A DNA stretch of 64,000 bases. Origin: Vicinamibacteria bacterium (GTDB lineage Bacteria; Acidobacteriota; Vicinamibacteria; Marinacidobacterales; Marinacidobacteraceae). The translations under genes were made by a program, and so were the position numbers. Positions 37,970 to 47,531 of this stretch are shown here, piece after piece; the stretch's first letter is position 1; each line of letters opens with the position of its first letter. Under the pieces are notes generated by a model, which saw only the letters and a program-made list of their open reading frames with translations, searched no databases and was not told the origin of the DNA. The DNA is taken from NCBI GenBank assembly GCA_963555995.3, contig OY821641.1:2848001-2912000 (forward strand), read 5' to 3'.

Positions 37970-39216
37970 CCCGGAGGGGATGCCGGTCCCGGCACCCCTG
38001 ACCGCGGATCGAGACGGACGAGAGCCTTCGCCGCCAGCCCCTCGCCCCTTCCCGTGAAGCCCATGCCGTCGGTGGTGGTCGCCTTGAGACCCACCGCGTC
38101 CGGGGCGATGCCGAGCATGGCGCCGAGCCGCCGCCGCATCTCCTCGATCCGGGGAGCGAGCCGGGGACGCTCGGCGATGATGGTGAGGTCCACCTGGCCC
38201 GGCCCATGGCCGGCGGCGGCGGCGATTTCGAGCGCCCGCCGCACGAACCGTTCGCTCGCCGCGCCCCGCAGCGCCGGGTCGGACGACGGGAAGAGCGCCC
38301 CGATGTCCGGCCCGGCGACCGCGCCCAGGATGGCGTCGGCGAGGGCATGCAGGACCGCGTCCCCGTCGGAGTGTCCTTCCAGCGAAGGAACGCCCGGAAA
38401 CGCGATTCCCCCCAACTGGAGGGTTCCGGCCGTCCCGAAGCGGTGCGCGTCGAATCCGAACCCGATGCGGGGCATCCCGGAGACCCCGCCGAGGACGGTT
38501 CGCGCGAACTCCAGGTCGGCCGGGTGGGTCACCTTCAGGTTCCGGGAACTCCCCTCGACCACCCGCACCGGATGTCCCGCGGCCCGGACCAGCGACGCCT
38601 CGTCGGTCCCGCGCAGTCCGGCTTCCTCCGCCCGGGCGAGCGACTCCCTGAGCAGGCGCCGCCGGAAACACTGCGGTGTCTGCACGGCGACGGTGCGGTC
38701 CCGGTCCACCAGGCTCTCCACGTTGCCGTCAACGCTCACCCGCCAGAGCGTGTCCGGCGAGCGGCGCCCCGGGATCGCGGCGCCGTGGCGGCGGGCCGCC
38801 TCGATGACTTCTTCAACAAGCGGCAGCGGCGGCGCCGGCCTCGCCCCGTCGTGGACGGCGACCAGATCCGCGACCGCACCGTCTTCTTCCTCGAACCGCG
38901 CGTCGAGCGCCGCGAGTCCGCGCGTAACCGATTCCTGCCGGGAAGCGCCGCCGGGACAGCAGGAAACCCGGCCCGCGTCCGGCTCCAGATGACGGCCGAG
39001 GTCCGCCTGCCAGGATTCGAATCCCCGCTCCGGCAGGACGACCACCAGCCGCGCGACCTGCTCCGAAGCCAGCACCGCGCGGACGGAATGAACGACCAGC
39101 GGCAGGCCGAGGACCGGCTGGAACTGCTTCGGAGCGTCGCCGGCACCGAACCGGGCGCCGGAACCGGCGGCCACGACGACCGCGCCAACCCGCACGGTGA
39201 TCCGTTCCTCTGCCAC
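37966..39216 (-). CDS. ispDF: Bifunctional IspD/IspF
   Basis: AAGSGARFG..PKQF, VHDGARP, QTPQ; then GFGFDAH, GHSDGD..LHA..DA.LGA, DIG..F. Confidence 0.93.
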   Translation of the reverse strand: MAEERITVRVGAVVVAAGSGARFGAGDAPKQFQPVLGLPLVVHSVRAVLASEQVARLVVVLPERGFESWQADLGRHLEPDAGRVSCCPGGASRQESVTRGLAALDARFEEEDGAVADLVAVHDGARPAPPLPLVEEVIEAARRHGAAIPGRRSPDTLWRVSVDGNVESLVDRDRTVAVQTPQCFRRRLLRESLARAEEAGLRGTDEASLVRAAGHPVRVVEGSSRNLKVTHPADLEFARTVLGGVSGMPRIGFGFDAHRFGTAGTLQLGGIAFPGVPSLEGHSDGDAVLHALADAILGAVAGPDIGALFPSSDPALRGAASERFVRRALEIAAAAGHGPGQVDLTIIAERPRLAPRIEEMRRRLGAMLGIAPDAVGLKATTTDGMGFTGRGEGLAAKALVRLDPRSGVPGPASPPG

Positions 39217-39222
39217 CGGCTC

Positions 39223-40608
39223 TCAGGACTCGCCGATGGCCGCCAGCGCCTCGTCGAGGGTCGCGACCGCGACGAGAGCGATGTCCGCCGGCGGTTCGGC
39301 CGCGCGGGCCTTGCCCGGATTCATCACCGCGCGGCGGTACCCGAGGCGCGCCGCCTCCCGCAGGCGCACCCCCGCCTGATGGACCGGCCGCACCTCTCCG
39401 GAGAGTCCGACCTCACCGATGAAGAGGGTCCCCGGCGGCACCGGGACGCCGCGTCGCCGGGAAGCCACCGCCGCGAGGAGGCCCAGGTCGGCGGCCGGTT
39501 CGTTCACGGTGAGGCCGCCGGTCACCGACACGTACACGTCGCTGCGCAGCAGTCCTCCCCCTCCTCCCGTCTCGAGGACCGCCAGCAGCACCGCCAGCCG
39601 GCCGCTGTCGAACCCCACCGGAACCCGCCGCGGATAGGCGAGCGGGCTCTCGGCGAGCAGCACCTGGATCTCGGCGAGGAGGGGCCTCGTTCCCTCGAGC
39701 GTACAGACCACCGCCGATCCAGGCTTCGGGGGTCCCCCGGTGAGGAACAGTTCCGAGGGATTCCGAACCGGGACGAGTCCCTCTCCGGTCATGTCGAACA
39801 CGCCGAGTTCCCCGGCGGCGCCGAACCGGTTCTTGACCGCGCGGAGCAGCCGGTGCGACTGCCTCCGGTCCCCTTCGAAGTGCAGCACGGTGTCCACCAT
39901 GTGTTCGAGCGTGCGGGGGCCGGCGATGGCGCCGTCCTTGTTGACGTGGCCGATGATGAAGACGGGAACCCGGGTCGCCTTGGCGAACAGCACGAGCGCG
40001 GCGGCCGACTCCCGAACCTGGGTGACGGTACCCGGGGCGCCGCTGATCTCCGGAGAGTGGACGCACTGGACGGAATCGAGCACCACGAGCTGCGGTTCCG
40101 CGGACTGCGCCGCGTCGAGGATGCGGGGCATGCTCGTCTCCGAGAAGAGGAGGAGCGAGTCCGGCTGGAGTCCGAGCCGCTCGCCGCGCAGCTTGAGCTG
40201 GTGCTCGGACTCCTCCCCGCTGACGTAGAGCACGGGGGCTCCGGAACCGGCGGCCGCGGCGGCCAACTGGAGGAGGAGGGTGCTCTTGCCCGCGCCCGGC
40301 TCTCCCGCGACCAGAACGGCGGAGCCGGGCACCACCCCGCCGCCCAGGACGCGGTCGAGTTCCGGAATGCCCAGCGGACGGCGGGGCGCCGTCCGGGTGT
40401 CCACCTCGTTCCAGGAGACCGGCGCCGCGGCCCCGGCGCCCGCCGCCGCGGCGAACCCGCGCCAGCGTCCGCCGGCGGCGCCTTCCGGCGGCGCCTCCTG
40501 TTCGACGAGCGGCGTCCGGGAGGAACAGGACGGGCAGTACCCCATCCAACGGGAGAAGTCCTGCCCGCACTCCACGCAGGCGAAGCGAACATTGGAGTTC
40601 CTGGGCAC
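39223..40608 (-). CDS. radA: DNA repair protein RadA/Sms
   Basis: CxxC...CPxC zinc finger, GEPGAGKSTLLLQ, KNRFG. Confidence 0.96.
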   Translation of the reverse strand: MPRNSNVRFACVECGQDFSRWMGYCPSCSSRTPLVEQEAPPEGAAGGRWRGFAAAAGAGAAAPVSWNEVDTRTAPRRPLGIPELDRVLGGGVVPGSAVLVAGEPGAGKSTLLLQLAAAAAGSGAPVLYVSGEESEHQLKLRGERLGLQPDSLLLFSETSMPRILDAAQSAEPQLVVLDSVQCVHSPEISGAPGTVTQVRESAAALVLFAKATRVPVFIIGHVNKDGAIAGPRTLEHMVDTVLHFEGDRRQSHRLLRAVKNRFGAAGELGVFDMTGEGLVPVRNPSELFLTGGPPKPGSAVVCTLEGTRPLLAEIQVLLAESPLAYPRRVPVGFDSGRLAVLLAVLETGGGGGLLRSDVYVSVTGGLTVNEPAADLGLLAAVASRRRGVPVPPGTLFIGEVGLSGEVRPVHQAGVRLREAARLGYRRAVMNPGKARAAEPPADIALVAVATLDEALAAIGES

Positions 40609-40612
40609 CGGC

Positions 40613-42007
40613 TCACCAACCGGTTTCCTCGTCCGGATCGGGATAGTCGGCGCCCTCGCCCGCCTCCTCCAGGTTCTGGAACTTCGTGTAGCGATCGAGC
40701 CAGGCCAGCCGGACGTCACCCACCGGACCGTTGCGGTTCTTCGCGACGATCACCCGGCGCACGGGGGGCGACGGCGCTTCGATCCCTCCCGTTCCGTCCT
40801 GTTTCTTTTTCCATTCCCGGTGAATGAAAACGACGATGTCCGCGTCCTGCTCGAGAGCGCCGGACTCGCGCAGATCGGAGAGGCGCGGCGCCGTCAGCGC
40901 CCCGGTCCGCTGTTCCGGCGCCCGGCTGAGTTGGGAAAGCGCCAGGATCGGCACCTCGAGTTCCTTGGCCAGCAGTTTGAAGGACCGGCTGATCTCGGCG
41001 ATCTCCAGATTCCGGTTTTCGAAGCGCCGGGATCCGGGCTCCGACGCCCGCATCAATTGCAGGTAATCAATCACGATCAGATCGAGTCCGTGTTCCCGCT
41101 TCAGTTGACGCGCCTTGGACCGCAGTTCGACCGGAGTGACGTTCGAATCGTCCACGTAGATCGGCATGCGCGCGACGACCGGAAGCGTGTTCTGGATAAG
41201 CCGGCGATCCCGCTCGCTGAGCAGTCCGGGCCGCGAGAGCTGCCGGGCATCCACCTCCGCCTGGGAGAAAAGCAACCGGGTGGCGATCTGCCGGCGGGGC
41301 ATCTCCAGGCTGAAGATGAGCACCCGCTTGTCGGCGCGGCCGGCGGCCAGCGCAATGTTGAGCGCCAGGCTGGTCTTGCCCTCCCCGGGGCGGGCCCCGA
41401 CCAGGATCAGGTCCGACTCGCGGAGGCCTCCCATCAGGTTGTCGAGGTCCTGGAATCCGGTGCGGATCCCCGAGAACCCCTCCCGCTGGCGGCCGGACTC
41501 CTCGGCGAGTTGGCCCAGGTCCTCCGTGAGCCGCACCGGACCGGAGGCGAACGTCCCCTCCGCAATGGCGTACAGGCCCTCCTGGGCCGCGGAGAGGGTC
41601 TCCCGCGGGGAGTCCCGGATCGCGTCGCTGGCGAGGCGGCTGCCGAAGTGGTGGAGCTCCCGACTGAGCGCCCGTTCGCGAACGAGCCTCGCGTAGTCCG
41701 CCGCGTTCGAGGAACGAGCCACCCCGTCCGACAGCTCGCTCAGGTAGCCGGCGCCGCCGGCCGCGTCCAGCTTCCCGGTCCGCTCGAGTTCCGCGCGAAC
41801 GGTCAGCAGATCGATCTTCCGCAGTTCGGGGGCGTCGTCGAGTTCGCAGAAGGCGTCGAAGATCCGCTGGTGGCGAACATCGAGGAAGTCCCTGGTCTTC
41901 AGGACCTCCCGCACCGAATCGAGCTGACTCCGGTCCACCAGGACCGCGGCGAGCACCGCTCGTTCGGCGGCCAGGTCGTGCGGGAGGCGGACGGCTTCGT
42001 CCGGCAC
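40613..42007 (-). CDS. dnaB: Replicative DNA helicase
   Basis: ARPG.GKT, FSLEM, IDYLQL, LSQLSR, DLRESGALEQDAD, KNRNG. Confidence 0.97.
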   Translation of the reverse strand: MPDEAVRLPHDLAAERAVLAAVLVDRSQLDSVREVLKTRDFLDVRHQRIFDAFCELDDAPELRKIDLLTVRAELERTGKLDAAGGAGYLSELSDGVARSSNAADYARLVRERALSRELHHFGSRLASDAIRDSPRETLSAAQEGLYAIAEGTFASGPVRLTEDLGQLAEESGRQREGFSGIRTGFQDLDNLMGGLRESDLILVGARPGEGKTSLALNIALAAGRADKRVLIFSLEMPRRQIATRLLFSQAEVDARQLSRPGLLSERDRRLIQNTLPVVARMPIYVDDSNVTPVELRSKARQLKREHGLDLIVIDYLQLMRASEPGSRRFENRNLEIAEISRSFKLLAKELEVPILALSQLSRAPEQRTGALTAPRLSDLRESGALEQDADIVVFIHREWKKKQDGTGGIEAPSPPVRRVIVAKNRNGPVGDVRLAWLDRYTKFQNLEEAGEGADYPDPDEETGW

Positions 42008-42022
42008 GGACAGACGCCTCGC

Positions 42023-42207
42023 TAGCAGCCGGTGGTGAAACCCACGTGAGCGCCGAGACGGGCGAGGCGCCCGCCTGACAAGGCGCGTGAGGGAGGAATA
42101 CCGAGTGTATTCCGACCGAAACGCAACGATGAGCGCCTCGCAGAGGCGCGGTTCAGACGGGATGCATCGCGCGTCGAACGCCGCGTGGGTTTGGCCACAG
42201 GCTGCTA
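42023..42207. mobile_element. Family-A element at a CTAG site
   Basis: cTA-gcagccggtggtgaaacccacg ... cgtgggtttggccacaggctgc-TAg; 181 bp between the TA dinucleotides. Confidence 0.85.
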
Positions 42208-42298
42208 GGGGTCTTGGGTTGAGGGAGCGGAGCGGCTCAGCCGGAGTCCGTCATGACGGGGCCGCGTGACGTCTTCCACGGGCTGCTCCGGGCGGGGT

Positions 42299-42666
42299 TA
42301 ACAGCCTGTGGTGAAACCCACGTGAACGCCGAGACGGGCGAGGCGCCCGGCTGACAAGGCGCGTAACGGCCTGTGGTGGAACTGACGTGAGCATCGAGAA
42401 CGGCGAGGCGCCCGGCTGACAAGGCGCGTGAGGGAGGAATACCGGGTGTATTCCGACCGAAACGCAACGATGAGCGCCTCGCAGAGGCGCGGTTCCGGCG
42501 GGATGCATCGCTGTTCGAATGCCACGTGAGTTTCACTACAGGCTGTTGCAGGAGGAATACCGGGTGTATTCCGACCGAAACGCAACGCAGAGCGCCTCGC
42601 AGAGGCGCGGTTCCGGCGGGATGCATCGCGCGTCGAACGCCGCGTGGGTTTTGCCACAGGCGGTTA
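42299..42666. mobile_element. Nested pair of family-A elements (42366-42546 inserted inside 42301-42664)
   Basis: The outer copy breaks after caaggcgcgt and resumes at ggaggaatac after a complete inner copy; its right end overlaps the rplI stop codon. Confidence 0.85.
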
Positions 42667-43248
42667 ATCCTCCGAGTCGTCCGTTTCCCCGGAGGAGGCG
42701 GCGGCGACGGCCTCATCATCGTCGGACTCGGCATTGTCGGCCCGCTTCGCCGACACCTCCGTCGGGATGTCCGGTACCGGCTCCACTCCAAGCGACCCGG
42801 CGGCGACCGGGGACACCTCGATCGGGAGATCCACCTCGATCTCGCTGTGGAGCCGGACCACGGCCGACGCCTGGCCCGCCACCTTGATCGGGCCGCCGAG
42901 GATGATGCGGTTGCGGGCGATCTCGAACCCGCCCGCAGCGAGCTCCCGCGCAATGTCCTGGACCGACACCGAGCCGTAGAGCTCGTTGGAATCGGTCTTG
43001 ACCCGGCGCTCGAAACGGAGGGTCCGGCCCTCGAGGGAACGGGCGAGCGCCTCGGCGGCTTCCCGTTCCTTGATCCGCTCCACGGCCCAGACTTTTCTCG
43101 CCTCGGCGACTTCCCTCCGGTTCTCGTCCGTGATCGGAACCGCAATCCGGCGGGGAAGCAGGTAGTTCCTCGCGTACCCCGGACGGACGTTGACTTCGTC
43201 GCCCGGTTCCCCCAGGGCGTCCACGGGCTGTTTCAGCAGCAGGCGCAT
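42664..43248 (-). CDS. rplI: 50S ribosomal protein L9 with an acidic C-terminal tail
   Basis: LG..GD.V.V.PGYARNYLLP and LYGSV motifs. Confidence 0.95.
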   Translation of the reverse strand: MRLLLKQPVDALGEPGDEVNVRPGYARNYLLPRRIAVPITDENRREVAEARKVWAVERIKEREAAEALARSLEGRTLRFERRVKTDSNELYGSVSVQDIARELAAGGFEIARNRIILGGPIKVAGQASAVVRLHSEIEVDLPIEVSPVAAGSLGVEPVPDIPTEVSAKRADNAESDDDEAVAAASSGETDDSED

Positions 43249-43268
43249 GGCTCTTTCCCCGCCGGCCC

Positions 43269-43514
43269 CTATTCGTAGGGCAGGAGCGCCATCTGCCGGG
43301 CGCGCTTGATGGCGATCCGGATCTGGCGCTGGGCCCGGGCGCCGGCGCGCGACACGCGCCGCGGGGCGATCTTGGCGCGATCACCGAGGAACTCGCGCAG
43401 AAAGTCCACGTCCTTCCAGTCCACCCGGTCCACGCCGTTCAGCAGTGGATTGACGCGCACCCGCCGGACGTTCTGCCGGCGGCGGCGGCGCGGGGTCGCG
43501 GGCCTGTCGCTCAT
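43269..43514 (-). CDS. rpsR: 30S ribosomal protein S18, non-zinc type
   Basis: VDWKD...L, KI.PRR, QR....AIKRAR.MALLPY. Confidence 0.93.
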   Translation of the reverse strand: MSDRPATPRRRRRQNVRRVRVNPLLNGVDRVDWKDVDFLREFLGDRAKIAPRRVSRAGARAQRQIRIAIKRARQMALLPYE

Positions 43515-44233
43515 GATGTCTCCTCCTCATTCCGGGGGGATCCGTCCGGTGGCGCTGCCTCTCCGGCGCCGTCGGGCTCCCCGGCGGCGGCTTCCTTCGT
43601 GGCGCCAGCGTCCTCAGCCGCTGGTTCGGCCGGCTTGGCGGCAGCCTCACCAGACTTCCCGGCCGTCTCTGCGGACGGCTCGGCGGCAGCCCCGCCGGAC
43701 TCTCCGGACGGCCTGGCGGCAGCCTCGCCAGATTTTCCGGACGCTTCTCCAGCCGGCTTGGCGGCGGTCTCGGCAGCCTCCCCGGCCGCTTCTTCCGCCG
43801 CCTTGGCGGCGGCCTCGGCAGCCGCGGCGGCCGCGCGGGCGGCTCGCTCCTCCCGCCGGCGGAGGTCGGCGGCCTGGTCGCGTTCGCGGGTTTCCTTGTC
43901 GGTCCGCAGCACGATGAAGCGCAGCACGCCCTCGGCGAGGCGGACGCGGTTCTCGATGCCCCGGATGGAAGCCGGGGGCGCATCGAAGTAACAGAGGATG
44001 TAGAGGCCTTCATGGTGCCCGGCGATGGGGTACGCCAGCCGCCGCCGCTCCCAGGGTTTCAGGCTGACGACCTCGCCTCCCTGCCCCTTCACGATGCCCT
44101 CCACGCGCTCGACCACCGCAAGGGAAGCCGCGTCGTCGAGGGTCGGATCCAGAATGAACATGAACTCGTAGCCGTTCATGAGGGAATCCGGTGGGGGCGG
44201 AGCCGCCGTTTGGGGACTCGACTGTTCGTTCAT
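43511..44233 (-). CDS. rpsF: 30S ribosomal protein S6 with a long Ala/Glu-rich tail
   Basis: [23 protein letters not shown]; start may be ATG 44179. Confidence 0.92.
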   Translation of the reverse strand: MNEQSSPQTAAPPPPDSLMNGYEFMFILDPTLDDAASLAVVERVEGIVKGQGGEVVSLKPWERRRLAYPIAGHHEGLYILCYFDAPPASIRGIENRVRLAEGVLRFIVLRTDKETRERDQAADLRRREERAARAAAAAAEAAAKAAEEAAGEAAETAAKPAGEASGKSGEAAARPSGESGGAAAEPSAETAGKSGEAAAKPAEPAAEDAGATKEAAAGEPDGAGEAAPPDGSPRNEEETS

Positions 44234-44306
44234 TCGAGAGTGTCTCCAGCGTCACCGGTGACGCACCCCGCAGGGAACCGTGCGGGAATCTGCGGAAGGT
44301 TCCGCA

Positions 44307-45017
44307 TCATGCAGCCGCCCGGTTGAACCGGTTCATGGCAGTTTCGATCCCCTGCCCGACCGCGGTTTCGATGGCCCGCACCGCACGCTCCAGCAGATCC
44401 TCCACGGAAGCGGCCTCCTGGGGGGCGAAGTGAGAAAGCACGAAGTCAGCCGGATCTTCCCCCGCCGGGGGATTCCCGATCCCGAGGCGCATCCTGGGGA
44501 TCTCGTCCGTTCCGAGCGCGGACAGGATGGACGCGAGGCCGTTGTGACCCCCGTCGCTGCCGCGGCGGCGGGTCCTGATCGTTCCGAGCGGCAGTGCGTA
44601 GTCGTCGCACACGATGAGGGTCTCCTCCGGCGAACGGCGCTCGCTCTCCAGCAGCCGCCGCACCGGACCGCCGCTCCGATTCATGTAACCCATGGGACGC
44701 AGCAGGCCGATGTCGCGGCCGGCGATCTCGGCCTCGACGAGGAGGCCCCCGTCGAAGTGCCGGGTCCGAACCGACCCGTCCCCGAGGAGCGCGGCAACGG
44801 CGTCGAACCCGATGTTGTGCCGGGTCCCCTCATACCGGACCCCCGGATTGCCGAGCCCCACCACGAGCTGCACGGGAACCTCGACGCGAGCCGGAGTCTC
44901 GTGCGGCGACCCGCCGGCGGCGCCGCCGGGTACGCCCGCAGGGGGATCGCTCACCACGGTCGCCGGCCACGGCGCGGCGTGGGAACCGGGGCCGGGGGGA
45001 AGAGGACTGGGCAACAC
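44307..45017 (-). CDS. pth: Peptidyl-tRNA hydrolase
   Basis: VGLGNPG..Y..TRHNIGF, YMN.SG, GGHNGL.SI, FVLS.F; the true start may be GTG 44873. Confidence 0.92.
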   Translation of the reverse strand: MLPSPLPPGPGSHAAPWPATVVSDPPAGVPGGAAGGSPHETPARVEVPVQLVVGLGNPGVRYEGTRHNIGFDAVAALLGDGSVRTRHFDGGLLVEAEIAGRDIGLLRPMGYMNRSGGPVRRLLESERRSPEETLIVCDDYALPLGTIRTRRRGSDGGHNGLASILSALGTDEIPRMRLGIGNPPAGEDPADFVLSHFAPQEAASVEDLLERAVRAIETAVGQGIETAMNRFNRAAA

Positions 45018-45041
45018 GCTGGATCAGAAGGGTTCCGCCGG

Positions 45042-45665
45042 TCACTCTTCCGGTTCGTCGGCTGCTTCTTCTTCACTTTCGTCTTCCTGCTCGGCCTCTT
45101 CCGTTCCCTTCGGGGGAGAGACATGCACGATGACCACGTCCCGCTCCGTCGCGAGGGTCAGCCCCTCCGGCAGTTCGATGTCCGCCGCCCGGACGGTGTC
45201 CCCGTAGTCGAGCTCGCCGACGGCGAGCGGCAGGAACTCCGGAATGTCGTGCGGCAGGCAACTGACGGTGAGAGAGCGGCTGATGAAGTCCAGGTGGCCG
45301 CCGCGCTTGACACCCACGGACTCGCCCTCGAGGTGAACGGGAACGTGCCAGTCCGAAGCCCGGTCCGGGTCCACCCGCATGAGGTCCGCGTGCAGGACGG
45401 AATGATCGAGCGGATGCAGTTGGTAGTCGTGGATCATCACCTGCTCCACGCTCTCCTCGCCGTCAATCTCGAGCGAGAAGATGGTGTTCACCCCCCGCGG
45501 CGACCGAACGATGTCGGTGACGTGGCGCGGTGAGACGGTGAGCGAACGGGAGCCGGCGGAGCCGCCGTAAACGACCGCCGGAATCATCCCGGCCGCCCGC
45601 AGACGGCGGTTCGGCCCCTTGCCGACGGCAGTGCGGGAACTCGCGGGGATCGAGAGCTGAGCCAT
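45042..45665 (-). CDS. rplY: 50S ribosomal protein L25/Ctc
   Basis: GK...RRLR..G.IPAVVYG, H.D, GVK.GG, CLP..IPE. Confidence 0.94.
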   Translation of the reverse strand: MAQLSIPASSRTAVGKGPNRRLRAAGMIPAVVYGGSAGSRSLTVSPRHVTDIVRSPRGVNTIFSLEIDGEESVEQVMIHDYQLHPLDHSVLHADLMRVDPDRASDWHVPVHLEGESVGVKRGGHLDFISRSLTVSCLPHDIPEFLPLAVGELDYGDTVRAADIELPEGLTLATERDVVIVHVSPPKGTEEAEQEDESEEEAADEPEE

Positions 45666-45850
45666 GGAGTGTGCGTGGGGTTGTTCGGGTGGGACAGGGT
45701 GGCGCGGAGGCCCGGGAACGGGAAGACGTGACGCGCGCGGCGTCGTCCTCGAAGGTCCCTCTCGGCGGGCTCCGAGGGAGTGCGACCCAGGAAGTCCGGC
45801 GGATGTCGCCCGAGCGCCATCCACTCCTCAGCGGCAATGCAGGGCGCGAG

Positions 45851-45859
45851 AGTCTAGCA
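45851..45859 (-). promoter_or_regulatory. Possible extended -10 promoter for rplY
   Basis: Minus strand TG-C-TAGACT about 185 bp upstream of the rplY ATG. Confidence 0.35.
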
Positions 45860-45985
45860 GCCCGACCACCGCTCCCGCGCCTGCGAATTCCCGGCGGCGC
45901 ACCGGTTGCTGGGCAAAGGCGCGCTCCCGGCCGCCCGGATGGCGCGCCGGCCGGGACCGCCGGCCGGTTCTCGCGGTAGCGGCCT

Positions 45986-46364
45986 TAACAGCCTGTGGCA
46001 AAACCCGCGCGGCGTTCGAGCGGCGATGCATCCCGCCTGAACCGCGCCTCTACGAGGCGCTCTGCGTTGCGTTTCGGTCGGAATACGCCCGGTATTCCTC
46101 CCTCACGCGCCTTGTCAGCCGGGCGCCTCACCGCTCTCGGCGCTCACGTGGGTTTCACCACAGGCTGTTAACAACCTGTGGCAAAACCCGCGCGGCGTTC
46201 GAGCGGCGATGCATCCCGCCTGAACCGCGCCTCTACGAGGCGCTCTGCGTTGCGTTTCGGTCGGAATACGCCCGGTATTCCTCCCTCATGCGCCTTGTCA
46301 GCCGGGCGCCTCGCCGCTCTCGGCGCTCACGTGGGTTTCACCACAGGCTGTTAACAGCCTGCGG
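45986..46364. mobile_element. Head-to-tail tandem of two family-A elements in reverse orientation, plus an end stub
   Basis: TA-[45988-46168]-TA-[46171-46351]-TA-acagcctgcgg; units nearly identical. Confidence 0.88.
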
Positions 46365-46381
46365 CGCGGAGGGCAGCGCGG

Positions 46382-47383
46382 TCAGACGAAGAGGGAGCTG
46401 ACCGAGTCCTCCCCGTGGACGCTCTCGATGGCCCGCGCGAAGAGCGAAGCCACGGAAAGGACCTCGATCTTGCTGCCCGGCGCCCGCGCTTCGGGTGCGA
46501 GGGGAATCGTGTCTCCCACGATCAGGCGCTCGAGCCGGGCGTTCCGGATCCGTTCGACCGCGGGTCCGGAAAGCACCGCGTGGGTACAGACGGCCAGCAC
46601 CCGCGTCGCCCCGTCCCGGTGGAGCGCTTCCGCGGCGCGGACCAGGGTCCCGGCGGAATCCACGATGTCGTCCACGATCACCGCCGGACGCCCCTGCACG
46701 TCGCCCACGACGTGCATGGTCTCGACCTCGTTGTCGCTGCCGCGCCGCTTATCCATGACCGCGATGCCGACTCCGAGTTTCTTGCCGTAGGCGCGGGCGC
46801 GTTCCACGCCCCCGGCGTCCGGCGAAACGACCACCGGCCGCTCCAGCTCGAGGGTGGGCAGGTAGTCCAGCATCACCGGAGTCACGTACAGGTGATCCAC
46901 CGGAATGTCGAAGAATCCCTGGATCTGGCCCACGTGGAGATCCATGCAGATGACCCGGTGCACTCCGGCGACGGTCAGCAGATCGGCCACCAGCTTCGCG
47001 GAGATCGGGACTCGGGGACGGTCCTTCCGATCCTGCCGCGCGTACCCGTAGTAGGGGATCACCGCGTTGATGCGCGCCGCCGACGCCCGCTTCAGCGCGT
47101 CCACCATGAAGAGCAGTTCCATCAGGTTCTCGTTGACGGGCGGCGAGGTGGACTGGATCACGAAGGCGTCCGCGCCGCGGACGTTGTCCTTGATCTGGAA
47201 GCGGACCTCGCCGTCGCGAAAACGGCCCAGCGACGCCTCGCAGAGGGGAACGCCGAGGTGCCGCGCGATCGCGGCCGCCAGGTCCGGGTTGGAAGAGCCC
47301 CCGATGACCTTCAGTTCGCCCGCAAAGCCGTGGGTCGGGCTCCGGCACTGGCGATCGCCGGCAGATTCGGTCATGTCCATCAA
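46382..47383 (-). CDS. prs: Ribose-phosphate pyrophosphokinase
   Basis: F.DGE, PYYGYARQDRK, VSPDAGG.ERA, VDDIVDSAGT. Confidence 0.97.
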   Translation of the reverse strand: MMDMTESAGDRQCRSPTHGFAGELKVIGGSSNPDLAAAIARHLGVPLCEASLGRFRDGEVRFQIKDNVRGADAFVIQSTSPPVNENLMELLFMVDALKRASAARINAVIPYYGYARQDRKDRPRVPISAKLVADLLTVAGVHRVICMDLHVGQIQGFFDIPVDHLYVTPVMLDYLPTLELERPVVVSPDAGGVERARAYGKKLGVGIAVMDKRRGSDNEVETMHVVGDVQGRPAVIVDDIVDSAGTLVRAAEALHRDGATRVLAVCTHAVLSGPAVERIRNARLERLIVGDTIPLAPEARAPGSKIEVLSVASLFARAIESVHGEDSVSSLFV

Positions 47384-47459
47384 GCAGGGAACGCCGGGCG
47401 AACGTCCAGCGGGGAACGCGCGCGTCGGGAAATCACGAACCGATCACCGGTGCTGCGGG

Positions 47460-47531
47460 CTGGGGCGGAAGGATTCGAACCCTCGTAAACCGGAACCAAA
47501 ACCCGGCGCCTATCCCCTCGGCCACGCCCCA
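47460..47531 (-). tRNA. tRNA-Gln (TTG), CCA not encoded
   Basis: TGGGGCG acceptor arm pairing with CGCCCCA, CCGGG-TTTTGGT-TCCGG anticodon arm, GGTTCGAATCC; usual ispE-tRNA-Gln-prs synteny. Confidence 0.88.

Noticed and set aside
44234-44306. S6:S18 leader upstream of rpsF (hairpins tgcggaaccttccgca and gcgtcaccggtgacgc)
   Set aside because: Hairpins are present, but I cannot match the consensus by eye; it needs an Rfam scan.
45664-46401. ORFs sharing the peptides [18 protein letters not shown] or [20 protein letters not shown] (also at 11171, 11977, 35350, 42251, 42298)
   Set aside because: They are translations of the family-A repeat in varying frames and strands, with no consistent start or stop.
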